Positions 17,401-29,450 of a DNA stretch of 64,000 bases are shown here, in pieces; within the stretch, counting starts at the first letter, position 1; every line of letters starts with the position of its first letter. The notes under the pieces were generated by a model that made no database searches, was not told the DNA's origin, and saw only the letters and a list, made by a program, of their open reading frames with translations. Source of the stretch: Camelus ferus (lineage: Eukaryota); NCBI RefSeq assembly GCF_009834535.1, contig NC_045713.1:18228001-18292000 (forward strand), given 5' to 3'. Made by a program: the position numbers and the translations under genes.

Positions 17401-19214
17401 GAGCCAGGAGTTCTGGGGCCAGTCCAAGCCCAGAGGGGTGCAGACAGGTGGGGTGGGGGAAGGATGAGCAGGCCACTCCCATGAGACTGGACCATCGGGG
17501 TTAAAAGCTTAGGCCCTGGGTTTTGAATCCCTAGTCGGCTACCTGCTGGTGGTTACTGAGCTGGAAAGTCACTTAACCTCTCTGAAACTTTGGATAACTT
17601 TGGTAATGAGGGTAACAAATATTCAGCTTAAAAGGACATTGTGAGGATATTTGATAGCACGTGGGAAACGCTTAGCTCAGAGCCTGGCATGCAGTGAGCA
17701 CTTAGCAAGAAGGCAGATGATGTAATCTGTCTGTTTCAGCCTGTGGATCCTTGAGGAGAGAAGGCCCTCGGGCAGGAGCTCCCTCCCCATGGCCCTGGGA
17801 CGCCAGGCTGAAGCACCAAGGGAAGCTGGCCTGTGGTGGAGCCCTAGTGTCAGAGGAGGTGGTGCTGACTGCTGCCCACTGCTTCATTGGGTGAGCCCTG
17901 TCTCCCTCATCTTTGTGCCTGCACCCTTGCCGGCAGCTCTGCCACCCAGTGCTGTCAACTCTGTCCTTGCACAGGCGCCAGACCCCAGAGGAATGGACTG
18001 TAGGCCTGGCAGCTGAACCAGAGGAGCGGGGCCTGAAGCAAGTCATCCTGCATGGGGCGTATACCCACCCGGAAGGGGGCTACGACGTGGCCCTCCTGCT
18101 GCTGGCCCAGCCCGTAACACTAGGTCCCAGCCTGCGGCCCCTATGCCTGCCCTATGATGACCACCGCCTGCCTGATGGGGAACGCGGCTGGGTCCTGGGG
18201 CTAGCCCGCCAAGGAGCAGGTATGTAGGTAGGTCAGGGCCACCAGCAGCTGTGCATCCAGTTTACAGGCCATGGAGGCAGCTGGGTCTTCTCCCTCGTCC
18301 TGCAGGCACCAGCTCCCCTCAGACGGTGCCTGTGACCATCTTGGGGCCCAGGGCCTGTAGCCGCCTGCATGCGGCCCTTGGGAGCGACAGCATCCCCATT
18401 CTGTCAGGGATGGTGTGTACCAGTGTTGTGGGTGAGCCGCCTGGCTGCGAGGTGAGCCCCAGTCCCCCAAACCTCACTCCACAGACCCCTCACGCTGCCA
18501 CTCATGAACAGACCTCCTGCCATGCTCGCGCTCAGACCCACCTTTCACCTAAATCAGCCTTTCTGCCATCTGGCTCCCAAGTAGCCAGAGCCTCAGCCCA
18601 GGCCCCTCTGCCCCCTGCAGCTACCTGGGGAGAAATGGAAGTCACTCAGTGTCCCTTAACCCCTGACAGGGCCTGTCGGGGGCACCGCTGGTGCATGAGG
18701 TGAGGGGCACGTGGTTCCTGGCTGGGCTGCACAGCTTTGGCGATGCCTGCCAAGGCCCTGCAAGGCCTGCTGTCTTTGCGGCGCTCCCCACCTATGAGAA
18801 CTGGGTCAGCAGTTTGGACTGGCAGGTCTACTTCGCTGAGGAGCCAGAGCCTGAGATTGAGCCTGGAAGCTGCCCTGTGAACACGAGTATGTGGCCCTGG
18901 GGCCTCCCTGTCAACATCTGCCTCTCCAGATCGCTTCTCCCTCGATCTAGGGCAGGATCTGTCCTGACCCACCTGGAGCTTCCCTGGGTGGGGTGGAGTA
19001 GAGGACAGACCTATCTGGATTCAAGTCCTGGCTCTTCGTCTCTGTTTGACTTGAAGCACGCCTCTTGACCTCTTCAAACCTCACTCTTCCCATCTGTCAT
19101 GGGGCCTAAGGAGCACTGCCTACCTCTTCCTTGGAGGGAGGGAGGGAAGCTGTGAGGACAAGATCAACCCCACCCTCCTTCCTCTCCTTGACAGGCCAAC
19201 CAGCCGGCTGTTGA
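14430..19214 (+). CDS. PRSS53: Serine protease 53 (polyserase-3); 11 exons, 553 aa, two tandem trypsin-like domains
   Basis: Exons 14430-14487, 15423-15443, 15550-15712, 16029-16294, 16431-16585, 16728-16947, 17740-17890, 17975-18219, 18306-18451, 18670-18886, 19195-19214 total 1662 nt. Motifs AAHC/SDLAL/GDSGGP and AAHC/YDVAL/GLSGAP. AATAAA at 19559-19564. Confidence 0.98.
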
Positions 19215-19979
19215 CAGGTGGCTCTGGGACGCCGCAGTTACAGGGAAGCAATTCCCACATCTCTTTTCCCATGCTCTTACCCCATCCCCCTGACACACAC
19301 ACCCAGGCAGGCCCAAAGGTGGGCACAATGGGCTCTAGGAAGGAGCCTGCCCCGACCCGCAGCTGCCCCTGCTCCCCACCCTGCAGGACAGGGAGACGAG
19401 GCCTGTGGGTGCTCCCCCACACCCAGCTCTGCAGTCCGACGCAGGCATCCCCAGCTTTCCCTATTCCTCATCCCCTCAGAAACAATCACACCAGCCTCAT
19501 ACTTTGAAAATTTCTTTTTTGGGGGGGAGCAATTTTCCTGTTTTTTTTTTTAAACTTAAATAAATTGTTACAAAATAGATTTTAGAAAATAAGTTACAAA
19601 TTGTAGTAAAAGGCTCCCCTTCCACAGGCAACATTCCCACCTGCGGCTCTCTCTGAATCTGCCTCTCCCTGGTGTTGGAATCTGGCTGGTGAGGGGGGCC
19701 CAGCATCATGGCCGAGCCTGCCACTGGGTTACTTGCAGAGCTGGTCACAGGGAAGAAGGTGGTGACAAAGGCTGGGGGAAAGGGGGTCCTTCAAGGACAG
19801 GACAGGAGGAAGACCTCACCCCCTCCTTGGGAAAGAAGCCAGATCTGGGTCCTCTTCGCCAGGTGAGAGGAGAAAAGAGCTGGGGATGCCCAAACTACTC
19901 CTGAGCAAAACAAGGAGATCAAGCCTTTCCCTGCAAACCTGCCCCCCACCCCACATTCTGATCTTTGGAGAACTGAAGT

Positions 19980-22900
19980 TCAGAGGGAGAAGCTTAGGTC
20001 TGCAGGCCACTGGGGTGAAGGGTCCAGGTGTGGGGCTGTGGGGGTGGGTGGAGGGGGCAATGACAGGTCCCCTCTGCCTGCCGCTGGTGCCTCTGGGGAT
20101 CCTGGGGAGAGAGAGAGGAGGTCACTGACTGAGGGGGCAAACTCCATACAACTTGTACCCCCATCCCTAGCCCCGCAGGCCACTCCCCATCGCCCATGGC
20201 CCCTGAGGCCTGTATGAGAACTCCCAATTATCTTCCCAGACCTGGCTAACTAGCTCCTCGCTCGTTCCCTTAGGGTCACAAAAAATCTTTTATCCTGAAA
20301 GTCCTCTTGTCAGCGCTCTCAGGGGCATCTCACCACTGTCCCCTCCTTCCCTGACAGTCTCCCTTCAAGGGCCCACCATCTTAGGGACACCCACCTTTGG
20401 TGGCCACTAAATGGAAGGGGCCCTGGGAGAAGGGCTACGGGCCCCTAGAGGAGGTGGAGAGCGAGACCAGGACCTGCTGAGGGAACAGGCTGTCCCACTC
20501 CTCCACAGCCTTGTGGAGGCTGGGCCGAGGTGCCTTTCGTGGGGAGTCCCCTTGATAGAGGACAGGAGATAGGGGCTAATGACTGCTGTTACTACAGCTG
20601 AGCCTGGCTTCAAAGAAACAATTATCTGTGACTCAGTTCCAGTTAAAGGTGTGCTGATGGGGAGCAGGGTGTGCAGGTAAAAAGGGTGATTTGATTGGAT
20701 CATAAAAAGGAAATATGCAGCAAAGAAAGAAGAGGAGGATTGAAAAACAGGAAGGAGAAGAGACGTGGGGCAACATAGGTGGGAAAGCGCCAAGGGTCTA
20801 GTTGCCAAGAAAAGAGGAGGTGCAGAGATAAGACGCAGGGAGAGGGACAGGGAGCTGGGTGCCAACTAGCCACCCAGTTTCCCTGACCAAGTCGGCGTGG
20901 AAGCCACAAAGCGGTCCAGTCTGGGGACTCCCATGCCCTGTTCCTCATTCCCTGCCTCCTTGCCTACTCTAGGAAGGAGCAGACCATAGACCATCTTTTC
21001 CTCTGGAAGTTATTACTTAACTGGCTGGTTCAGGAGGGTTTCCAGATATAGCAGCTAGATGGTACCCAGCTACCTCCCCTCCCCAAACAGACCATTCCTC
21101 TTTGGCTCCAGCAAGGCAGAGGAGCCTGGGCAGCTCCTGACCACTCCCTGCCACCCCCAACTGCCCCAGCCCACCATGCTATTCGCCTGACCCAGGGCTT
21201 CAGATCTCAGCCGCTCAAAAGGTAGCATCCTCAAACTAGCTTTCTCCATATCCCAGCCCCCTGCCACTCCCTGGGACCCATGTGATCCTCTTGCTACTTG
21301 CTTCCCCCGCACCTTGGGACCAATTTTAACCCTCCACTGTGTCCCCACCTCCTCTGGGACCCTTCAATCCTATGCCCACACCCTGTCATGCCCCCGTACC
21401 AGAGCTGGCCACTGTCCGTTCCTCCTGGTGCTGCTGCTGGTGCTGCTGGAAGCTGATGCGGCGGCGGAAGTGGCGAGGACAATGGGAGCAGGTGAAGGGC
21501 CCCTCCCGGGGTGCATGGACCCGCCCATGGCCCTCCAGTCGGGCAGCTGTCCGGAAGGCCTTGCCACAGATGCTGCAGCGGTGGCGCTTGGGGTCCGTGT
21601 GGGTCCTGCCGTGGTTCTTAAGGGACAGCAGGTTGGGGAGGAGTTTGGGGCAGAGGGAACAGGGATAGAGTCCAGTCGTGTGGGCCTTCTGGTGGTTCAG
21701 CAGGCTCCCAGCATGGCGGTAGGAGCGCCCACATTGGGCACAGCGGAAGGGCCGCTCCTCATCCTCAGCCCCTGTGGACTTTATGCCTTGGCCTCCATTA
21801 GCTCTCCCGGCATTCTCTCCTGGGGCACCAGGGGGTTCTGATGGAGACTTCTGGGCTTTCCCTTGACCAGGGAGATCCACTTCATCCTCCACAGCCCCAG
21901 CTCTGGGACCTCTGGCCTCCTCTATCTGGGGTGGCATCTGACTGAGGCCCCTAGCATGAGTCTGCAGGTGACTGGCTAGTTCATGGTGGGACTGAAAGAC
22001 CTTGCCACAATCAGGGCAGGCAAAGGTCTGGTCAGCTATGTGGTTGTGGCTGTGATTCTTAGTGGCCACAGGATTCAGGAACTCCTTACAGCAGAGCAGG
22101 CAATAGTGATGGTCTGTCTTGTGGGTGTTATGATTCAAGGGGCCTTCCGACTGGCAGTAGGACTTGCCACAATGGCTGCAGGAAAAGGAGTGGCTCTCTG
22201 GCTGGGGCTGAGGGCTGCTGTCTCCACTGTCCCAGCTATCCATGGGAAACAGACTAGGTCCATTGGGCTGGCTGTTGCCAAGGTGGCAAGGACTCCTGGG
22301 GACACCGTACCCTGACTTGTCTTCTGGCTTGGTCAGTACGTGACCCCCAGGAACCCAGTCTCCATCATGATTCACGGATCCCCCGTCTCCTTGCCACCCA
22401 TCTGCTTTCCCTGGGCCCCAGGACATTGGATCTGTGGCTTCTGAACCTGCTGCCCTGATGGGGCTCTGAGTCTGCTCCACTGGCCTTGTGGCTACATCCT
22501 CCAACTGGGGCACCGAATCAGTACCACCCAGTCTGTCTTCTAGTCCCTGGTCACCACCCTCTGGGCTATTTGGGCCTCCCTGACCACCTTTGGTCTCCTC
22601 CTCATGCTCTCGCAGGTGTTGCTCCAGAGATCCCCGGCCAGGGAAGCCCCGGCCGCAGAGGGCACAGCGCACAGCTGCCCGCCGGGACCGCCCAGCACGC
22701 CGCCGCCGGCTCTCCGAATGCAGCCTCTGGTGGTCCTTCAGGGCCATGCGGTTGGAGTAGGTCTTTGGGCAGGTGGGGCAGCTATACTGGCCCATCTCAT
22801 GGCTCCGCCGGTGGTTCAGGAGGCTGCCGGCGTGGCGGTAGGTCCGCCCACACTGCCCACAGCGAAAGGGCCGATCTTCCCGAGTCAGCTTTCGGGTGCA

Positions 22901-25900
22901 CCCACCCCCACCACGCTCAGCATGGACTCGCTGGTGGCTGGCCAGCTGTTTCCGCAGGCGGAAGGCCTTCCCACACTCGGTGCAGCGGAAGCGCCGGGGA
23001 TCCGCGTGGATGCGCCGGTGGTTCTTGAGGGACATGAGGTTTGAGAAGCCTTTGGAGCAGGCCTGGCAGCCAAAGTGGCCGGTCTGGTGGCTCTGTCGGT
23101 GATTGATGAGGCTGCCAGCGTGCTTGTAGGACCGGCCGCACACCTCGCAGCTGAAGGGCCGTTCAGAGCTTGCCTCGGTCTGGCAGCCCTTCTCTGCGGT
23201 CTCCAACCTCGGCTCCATCTCCTCCCCCTTCACAGTGGTCTCCTCCCAGGCCTCTTCTTTCACCCTTGCCACCTCCTCCAGGGGCTCCACTTTAAGTTCT
23301 TTCTGGAACTTCTCCACTTCAACCTGCCCAAGGCCCTCCTCTGCCCTGTTCTGGGGCTCACTGCTGCCTCCTGCCTCTGGGATGGGGCCCACCTGGGGCT
23401 CAGAGCCTTTGCAGCGTGGGTGGTTTCGCAGGTGATTACGGTAGGCAGCCAGGTTGGGGTAGCAGCGGGAGCAGACGGGACAGATGAAGTCTCCGGTCTG
23501 ATGGATCTTCCGGTGGTTCACCAAGCTGCCCCCATGGCGATAGGTCTTGCCGCACTGGTTGCAGCGGAAGGGGCGGGGCTGGGCCTCCAGAGAACTTTCT
23601 CCACCCTGTGCACAAAGGCTGTCTGCAAGCGCAGCACCTACCCCCTCTCCAGACTTTGTGTCTTCACCCTCCCCAGAGAGAGAGGTCACCGTGCCCTCAA
23701 AGACGCCATCTGCAACCATCCCTGTGGCATCACCTGACTCTCCCGGGTGATGAATGAAGCTGGGAACCTCATCTGTAGTATTTCCAGAACTCTGGCTTTG
23801 GTGGTGACGCTCCAGGCTCCCTAGGTCATCATATGTCTGACCACAGCAGCCACAGATGTGTCCATAACCGGCTCCATCCAGTGCCTCCACCTCCCGCTGC
23901 AGCTGATTCAGCAGCTCTGCTTCCGAGAACTGCAGTGGGGGGCTGTGGGTGGAGGCTGCCCCTGCTGCTCCTTCCTCTTCCCCCTCTTCCTCCGAGCCCT
24001 CAGTCATGCCAGAAGAGTCATGAGCCTGGCGCCGGTGAAGCCTGTAGCCAGCCCGCCCAGGGAAGATCATGCCGCAGAGGCAGCAAAGGAAAGGCTGTGC
24101 TGAAGCTGCCTCCCCAGGCCCGTGTTTCTGGAAGTGGCTGCGCAGGGCAGGCAGGGAGTCAAACTCCTTTGGGCAGAGGGAGCACTGATAGATGCCCGGT
24201 GGGTGACAGGGCCTGTGGCTCAGCAGGCTGGTGGCATGGGGGAAAGAATGCCCACAGTCAGAACATGTGTGGGAGACCTCAGCCTGCCAGCCATCAGCGG
24301 CTTCGGCAGAGCAGGGAGGGGAGCTGGACTGGCCAGTGGCTGGTTTCTGATCTTCCTCTACCCCAGGGAGGCCATCACAGAAGCGAGTCTCACTGCTTTC
24401 CTCACCGCTTGGGATGTCCAAGTTGTCAAGGAAACAGGCCTCCTTCCTTTCCAGGCCTTCCTCAGTGCCTCTGCTCTCTTTATCACCCTGGAAACAGGCC
24501 TCATCCCTCTCAAGCCCACATTCGTCCCTTTCAGCTGCAACCGGCAAACAGCCCCCATCACTTTTCATGTTGCCTTCGACTCCTCTAGGACTTTCCCCCA
24601 GAGGGTCTCGGGGACAGTCCAGGCCCTCACTGTCTTCCACCAGCTCTGTTGCCCAGTTTCCACCTGACGGGAGTTTGGCTTCTCCCCCACTGCCGCTGGT
24701 GCTGCTGGCCCGCCTCCGGTGCCGCCTGCTCCGCCGTCGACTGTGGCGACGCAAGTGGTTCTTCATGGCAGCCATGGTGTGGAAGTGTTTGGCACAGGCC
24801 CCGCAACTGAAGTCTCCTGTCTGGTGGGTCTGCCGGTGGTTGATGAGGCTGCCTGAGTGGCGATAGCTTTTTCCACAGTCTCGGCAGGCAAATGTCCGAG
24901 GAGGCGACACCCTGGTCTCCGTCCTGCTGTCCTCCCCATTGCCGTGGGTCTGGCCATGACGTTCAAGGCTCTCAGGGTCTTCAAAGAGCATTCCACACAC
25001 GCTACATATCTGTGGTGCAGTCCGATCTGCTGCTGGGGGAACATCAGTGGTCGTCCCTTCATGTTTGCACCCAGGCCCCTGATCTGTGTGTGGGGCTGCC
25101 TCTGCTCCCATTGGGTTGGGCGGGAGTTCCACCTTAAGGTGGCTGGGGGGACCTTCAGCCCCTGAGCCTGCGCTGCGGCGGGCAGCCTTGCAATGTACCC
25201 GCACGTGGTTGCGCAGGGCCATAAGGTTGGGGTACTTGCGGGGACAGAGCGAGCACTGGTACTCTCCTGTCCGATGGCTGTGGCGGTGGTTCACCAGGCT
25301 CCCCCGGTGGCGGTAAGCCCGACCACACTCAATGCACTTATAGGGGCGGTGGTCCACAGTGGTAGGGGGTACATCTTTCTCTTGGTGGGTGGTCTCAGCC
25401 AGGGGCAGGGGAGCTGGCAGCATCGATGGCTGCCCATCCTCTCCAGCTCCTTGCTGGGGTCTGTGATGAGCCCGCACATGGTTTTTGAGGGCAGCTGCGT
25501 TGAACAGCTGCTTAGAACAGATGGTGCAGGGATAGACACCTGTCTGGTGGCTCTTGCGATGGTTAATGAGGCTTCCAGCATGGCGGTAGGTACGGCCACA
25601 GTCCCCACAGCGGAAAGGCCGGTACTCCTCCAGGCCGCTGTCCTCCAGCTCCCTGGAGCCATTCAGCATCCGTGTACCAGGGAGTTGGTCCTGGCTGCTC
25701 TCGTCTGTGTGTCCATTGGTGGTGGGCATCCCTTTCTCCTCCCACAGCCGCTCTTGACTTTCACCCTCATGTGACTGCTGGTGTTCCAGCAGCTCTCGGG
25801 GGAGCCGGAAGGCGCGGGGGCAGTGGGGACACTGGTAAGGCCGATACTGGGCATGGAGTCGGGAGTGGTTCTTCAGAGCCATGAGGTTAGAGAACTCCTT

Positions 25901-26716
25901 GAAGCAGATGGCACAAGGGTAAACACCCAGGGTGTGGCTCTGGCGGTGGTTGGTGAGGCTCCCGGCATGTTTGTAGGTCTTGCCACATTGACTGCACTTG
26001 TACCGCCGCTCCTCCTCAGCAGGAGGGGACTGGGTGGGCTCCTGGACCCCAGTGAAATTCACTACTGATTCAGCCAAATACTGTTCCAAATTGCTAAGAA
26101 GACTGCTAGCTGGGGTGGGGAGTGGTGGGTCTCTGGCAGAGTTGGTGGTGGGCCCCCAGCCCTCTGCGCCTTCCTCAGGATCTGGCTGGCTTTCCCAGCC
26201 TTCTCCTAGTCTGGAAGGTGGATCCTCCCAAGTGCCCAGAGCTGCCCTAGGGTCAGGCCCAGACTCAGAGCCAAGTGTCTCTTCAGTGTGTTTTTTCTGG
26301 TTTTCCCAGCCTTCCCTAGGGCCAAGCCTCTGGCCCCAGGAGTCAGTGGACATTGTCTCCCCCTGGAGGTGTGGAGTGGCTTCCTTGGGGCGGGGGGGCC
26401 TGCGCCGGCGGCGGCCTTCAGGAGCATGAGTCCTCATGTGGCTTTTGAGGGCCATGGGATTGGTGAAGTCCTTGCCACAGGTGGTACAGGGGAAAAGACC
26501 AGTCTCGTGGGTTCGGCGGTGGTTGACCAGGCTCCCTGGGTGACGGTAGCCCCGCCCACACTGCTGACAGCGGTAGGGCCGAGGGATGCTGTCGACCTCC
26601 TCACTGTCTTGATTAGAAGACGGATGGAGCAGTTCGCGGTGCCGTGACAGTTCCGGGAGGCTAGGAAAGTGGCGCTGACAGTCTGAGCAACTAAGTGAGG
26701 TGGGCGTGTCCTCCAT
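19980..26716 (-). CDS. ZNF646: Zinc finger protein 646 (multi-C2H2); 1812 aa when spliced
   Basis: Large coding exon 21400-26716 (5317 nt; acceptor ct at 26799-26800) plus final exon 19980-20101 ending [10 protein letters not shown]-terminus [17 protein letters not shown]. Non-coding exon 1 has a donor at 27943-27947. Confidence 0.97.
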
Positions 26717-27899
26717 GGGGCAGTGTGGCAGAAACCTGGAGGTTCAGGAAGAGCAGGCAGGTGGCAGCAGCATCTTCCTCTGGTGGATGGTCCAAGGCCT
26801 AGGAAGAGGAGGTAGTGGTCAGAAAGAAGGCTTGAGTTAACTTTGCCTCTTGGTTCTATGAGCAACAAGTTCACCAGAGGTCACAGAGAGGTCCCCTATG
26901 CAGCAATGCCCAGAGACTGGCTTCCTACTAGATCTGTTCTGGAAGCACCACCATTTAAAGCTTCCCTGCACACAAGCTCCTCAAATATGGAAGCTCCCCT
27001 AGACCTAACTCACCCCTAGAGAGAGGTATAGATGAGGAAACTAACATCTAGAGGAATGAAATCTATCTCTGATCACAGACCTATTCTGAAAAATGTCTTA
27101 CTGTCCCTAACTCTCTGCTCTCTGTAGTCCTGAAACAAACAACCTATCTTCTGTGATGTCTTAAAAGGAAACCTGAGCCTTTTCTAGGATTTTCAATAAG
27201 ATAAGTCCAAGCCTCCCTTCTTCATTCCCCAAATAAACAGAGTAGCCTAGAGGCACTGAAAAAGCAGCTTCTTTCTGCAGTTGACAGCTGAAGGAACTGA
27301 GCGGTGAGGTTAGGAGGCCACCTTCAGAGGAAGGGCTGGCTTGTTTCCCAACCTCCCCTACTCCTTTCAAGGCCACAAAGTCTCCTTTCTGAAAGATTCT
27401 CTTGGGTTCCCTGGATCCCAAACTATTTTCCATCTTGGAAATTCCATCCATTTCTGGTTCTTCACCTCCTTTCTTTCTCTTTCTCATGCTTTACCCCCAC
27501 CATCCCTTCTCATTTTTCCTTCTACCTCCTCTCATAATACTGATGACAACAGCAGCCTGTGCTACCTAAGCATTACCAAGTGCCAGGCACTATGCTAAGT
27601 AAAGAATATCCGTTGTGTCAATCTTCACAACACACAGCAATTGTCTCTGTTATCTCAGTTTACATATGAGCAAACTCACTGACTCAATCTTTCCAAAGCC
27701 CTTGCTCTTTCCATAACAGGCCCCCATGACTCCTACATCACCTTGGCCTTCTCTGACTCTGACTCTTCATATCCATGGGTCCCTAATACAACTCCTATCT
27801 CCGACTCTAAACCCCTTACTGAACCTGCTCCCATAATTCTCACCTCACAAAGGTCCTTCGTTCAAGAGTCCCCTCTCCTAATCAACCACCAAAGAGGTC

Positions 27900-29450
27900 C
27901 ACTTGCCTCACTTATCTCCTTGGCCAATTTTCTTTTAGGACCCCTACCTCGCACCAGTGGCCCCTTCTCGTTCCCGCCGCGGGTGCGTCCGTTGGGGACC
28001 GCGAACGGGAGTGCGCCTGCGCACTGGGACCCTCACCCTAACTGCAGCCGCGCGCCCCAGGGGTGGCTGTGGGGGTCTCTCGCGCTCCCACACACGCACT
28101 CTCCGCCAGGGCTCCTGGGAGGTGGGAGGAGAGGTAAAGAGGGATAAAAGAGGGAGAGAAAGAAGGAGGTAGAGGAAAGAGGACGCAGCTGGCACGAGCC
28201 AGAAGTCTACCCCCAGCTCCGCGGACACTTCCTATTGTTACTAGGAAACAGGAAGTGTCCTGGCCTCAAAAGCTTCCCCGCGAAACTTCCGCCTTGAGAA
28301 TACTTCTGTCCCGCCTCCAAGCAGCGGTTCCACACAAACACACTTCCGGCGCTGGGTAAAAAGCCGCTGACGCGCGACTCTGACCCCGCCCACGTAGGTC
28401 AGAATGCTGCGTTGTTTCTGCACTAACCTTAGCCACACTTCCGGGAAGAGCCGCTAAAATCGTTCCGGTGCATGCTGGCTGAGCGCAGAAGAGGGGAAAA
28501 AAAGGGTTCTGCAGACCTGGTCTCAGTAATTTAGAGACACTGCACGAAAGTGGGGGGCTGCCTGAAAAACTTCCCAAGACAGACGTAGGAAGCTTCAGTC
28601 ACTCCTTGTTCTTAAGGGAAATGTTGTGGAATATAAGCTGATTTCGGTACTACAAATCTTGAACATGGCCTTTCTGTCCTCCCACCTTCTAGTTCATGGA
28701 GATCTAGCCCCAGGCTAGCAATAGCTGCTGCATCCCGTAAGCCTGTCTGGTGTACCTTGTCATTAGCACCCACAGAGACCCCCTTGCAAGCTGTTTTTCC
28801 GCCACCTTCAACTGGGAGTGCTTCGGAAACTTTGCTTTCCTCCCTAGCCGGGAAAGCTCCCTTCCACTTCCGCTCGCCGGCCCCGCCTCCTCTCCCTCAC
28901 CCTCCACCCCGCCCGCTGGGTCCTAGCGCCTGCCCCTCCCTGGTTGTGTCCCGGGATCCGTCGATGAGAGGAGCTGCCGCTGACGCCACGAAGCCAGCCC
29001 AAGTCCGTTCAGGTAGGAAACGCTGGCGGGAAGCCGCAGGGACCCCCGGGCAGCCCCAATGCGGACGCAACCCGAGCGGGCCTCAGTTTCCCTGTGGGTG
29101 CAGAGGGCGGATGGGGTTGTCCTGGCGCGAGCGGCGCGGGCGGGGCGGGAGGAGTGCGGCCCCGGGAGGGCGCGGGCGGGCTCTGGGCCCAGCGGGTCCT
29201 AGAACCCGCCGGCTGTCCCGGCGGACCGGCTGCAGCGGACGCCTGGCCTCCGCCGGCACGGCTGCCCGCCTTGCGCGTTGCGGGCCCGGGGGTCCTAGAG
29301 CACGCCATGTTGCGGGCTTTTGTCCCAGGCGCGCGGCCCGCCTAGCACGGTCCTCGGCGCCTGCAGCCCCCCTCCCCGGCCGAGGTCCTGGCCGCCCCTC
29401 CCGCGGTCCTAGAGAACGCCATCTTGCAGGCCTTTGTCCACAGTCGGCCT
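27900..29450. promoter_or_regulatory. Bidirectional CpG-island promoter shared by ZNF646 (-) and ZNF668 (+)
   Basis: Several ETS/GABP-type (A)CTTCC(G/T) sites at 28226, 28249, 28285, 28342, 28437, 28463 and 28866. YY1-type GCCATNTT near 29304 and 29418. Candidate ZNF668 exon-1 donor CAG|GTAGGA at 29012/29013. Confidence 0.85.

Noticed and set aside
21314-26874. Many 60-250-codon ORFs antisense to or overlapping ZNF646
   Set aside because: These are shadow ORFs expected opposite a long GC-rich coding exon. They have no recognisable domains or splice structure.
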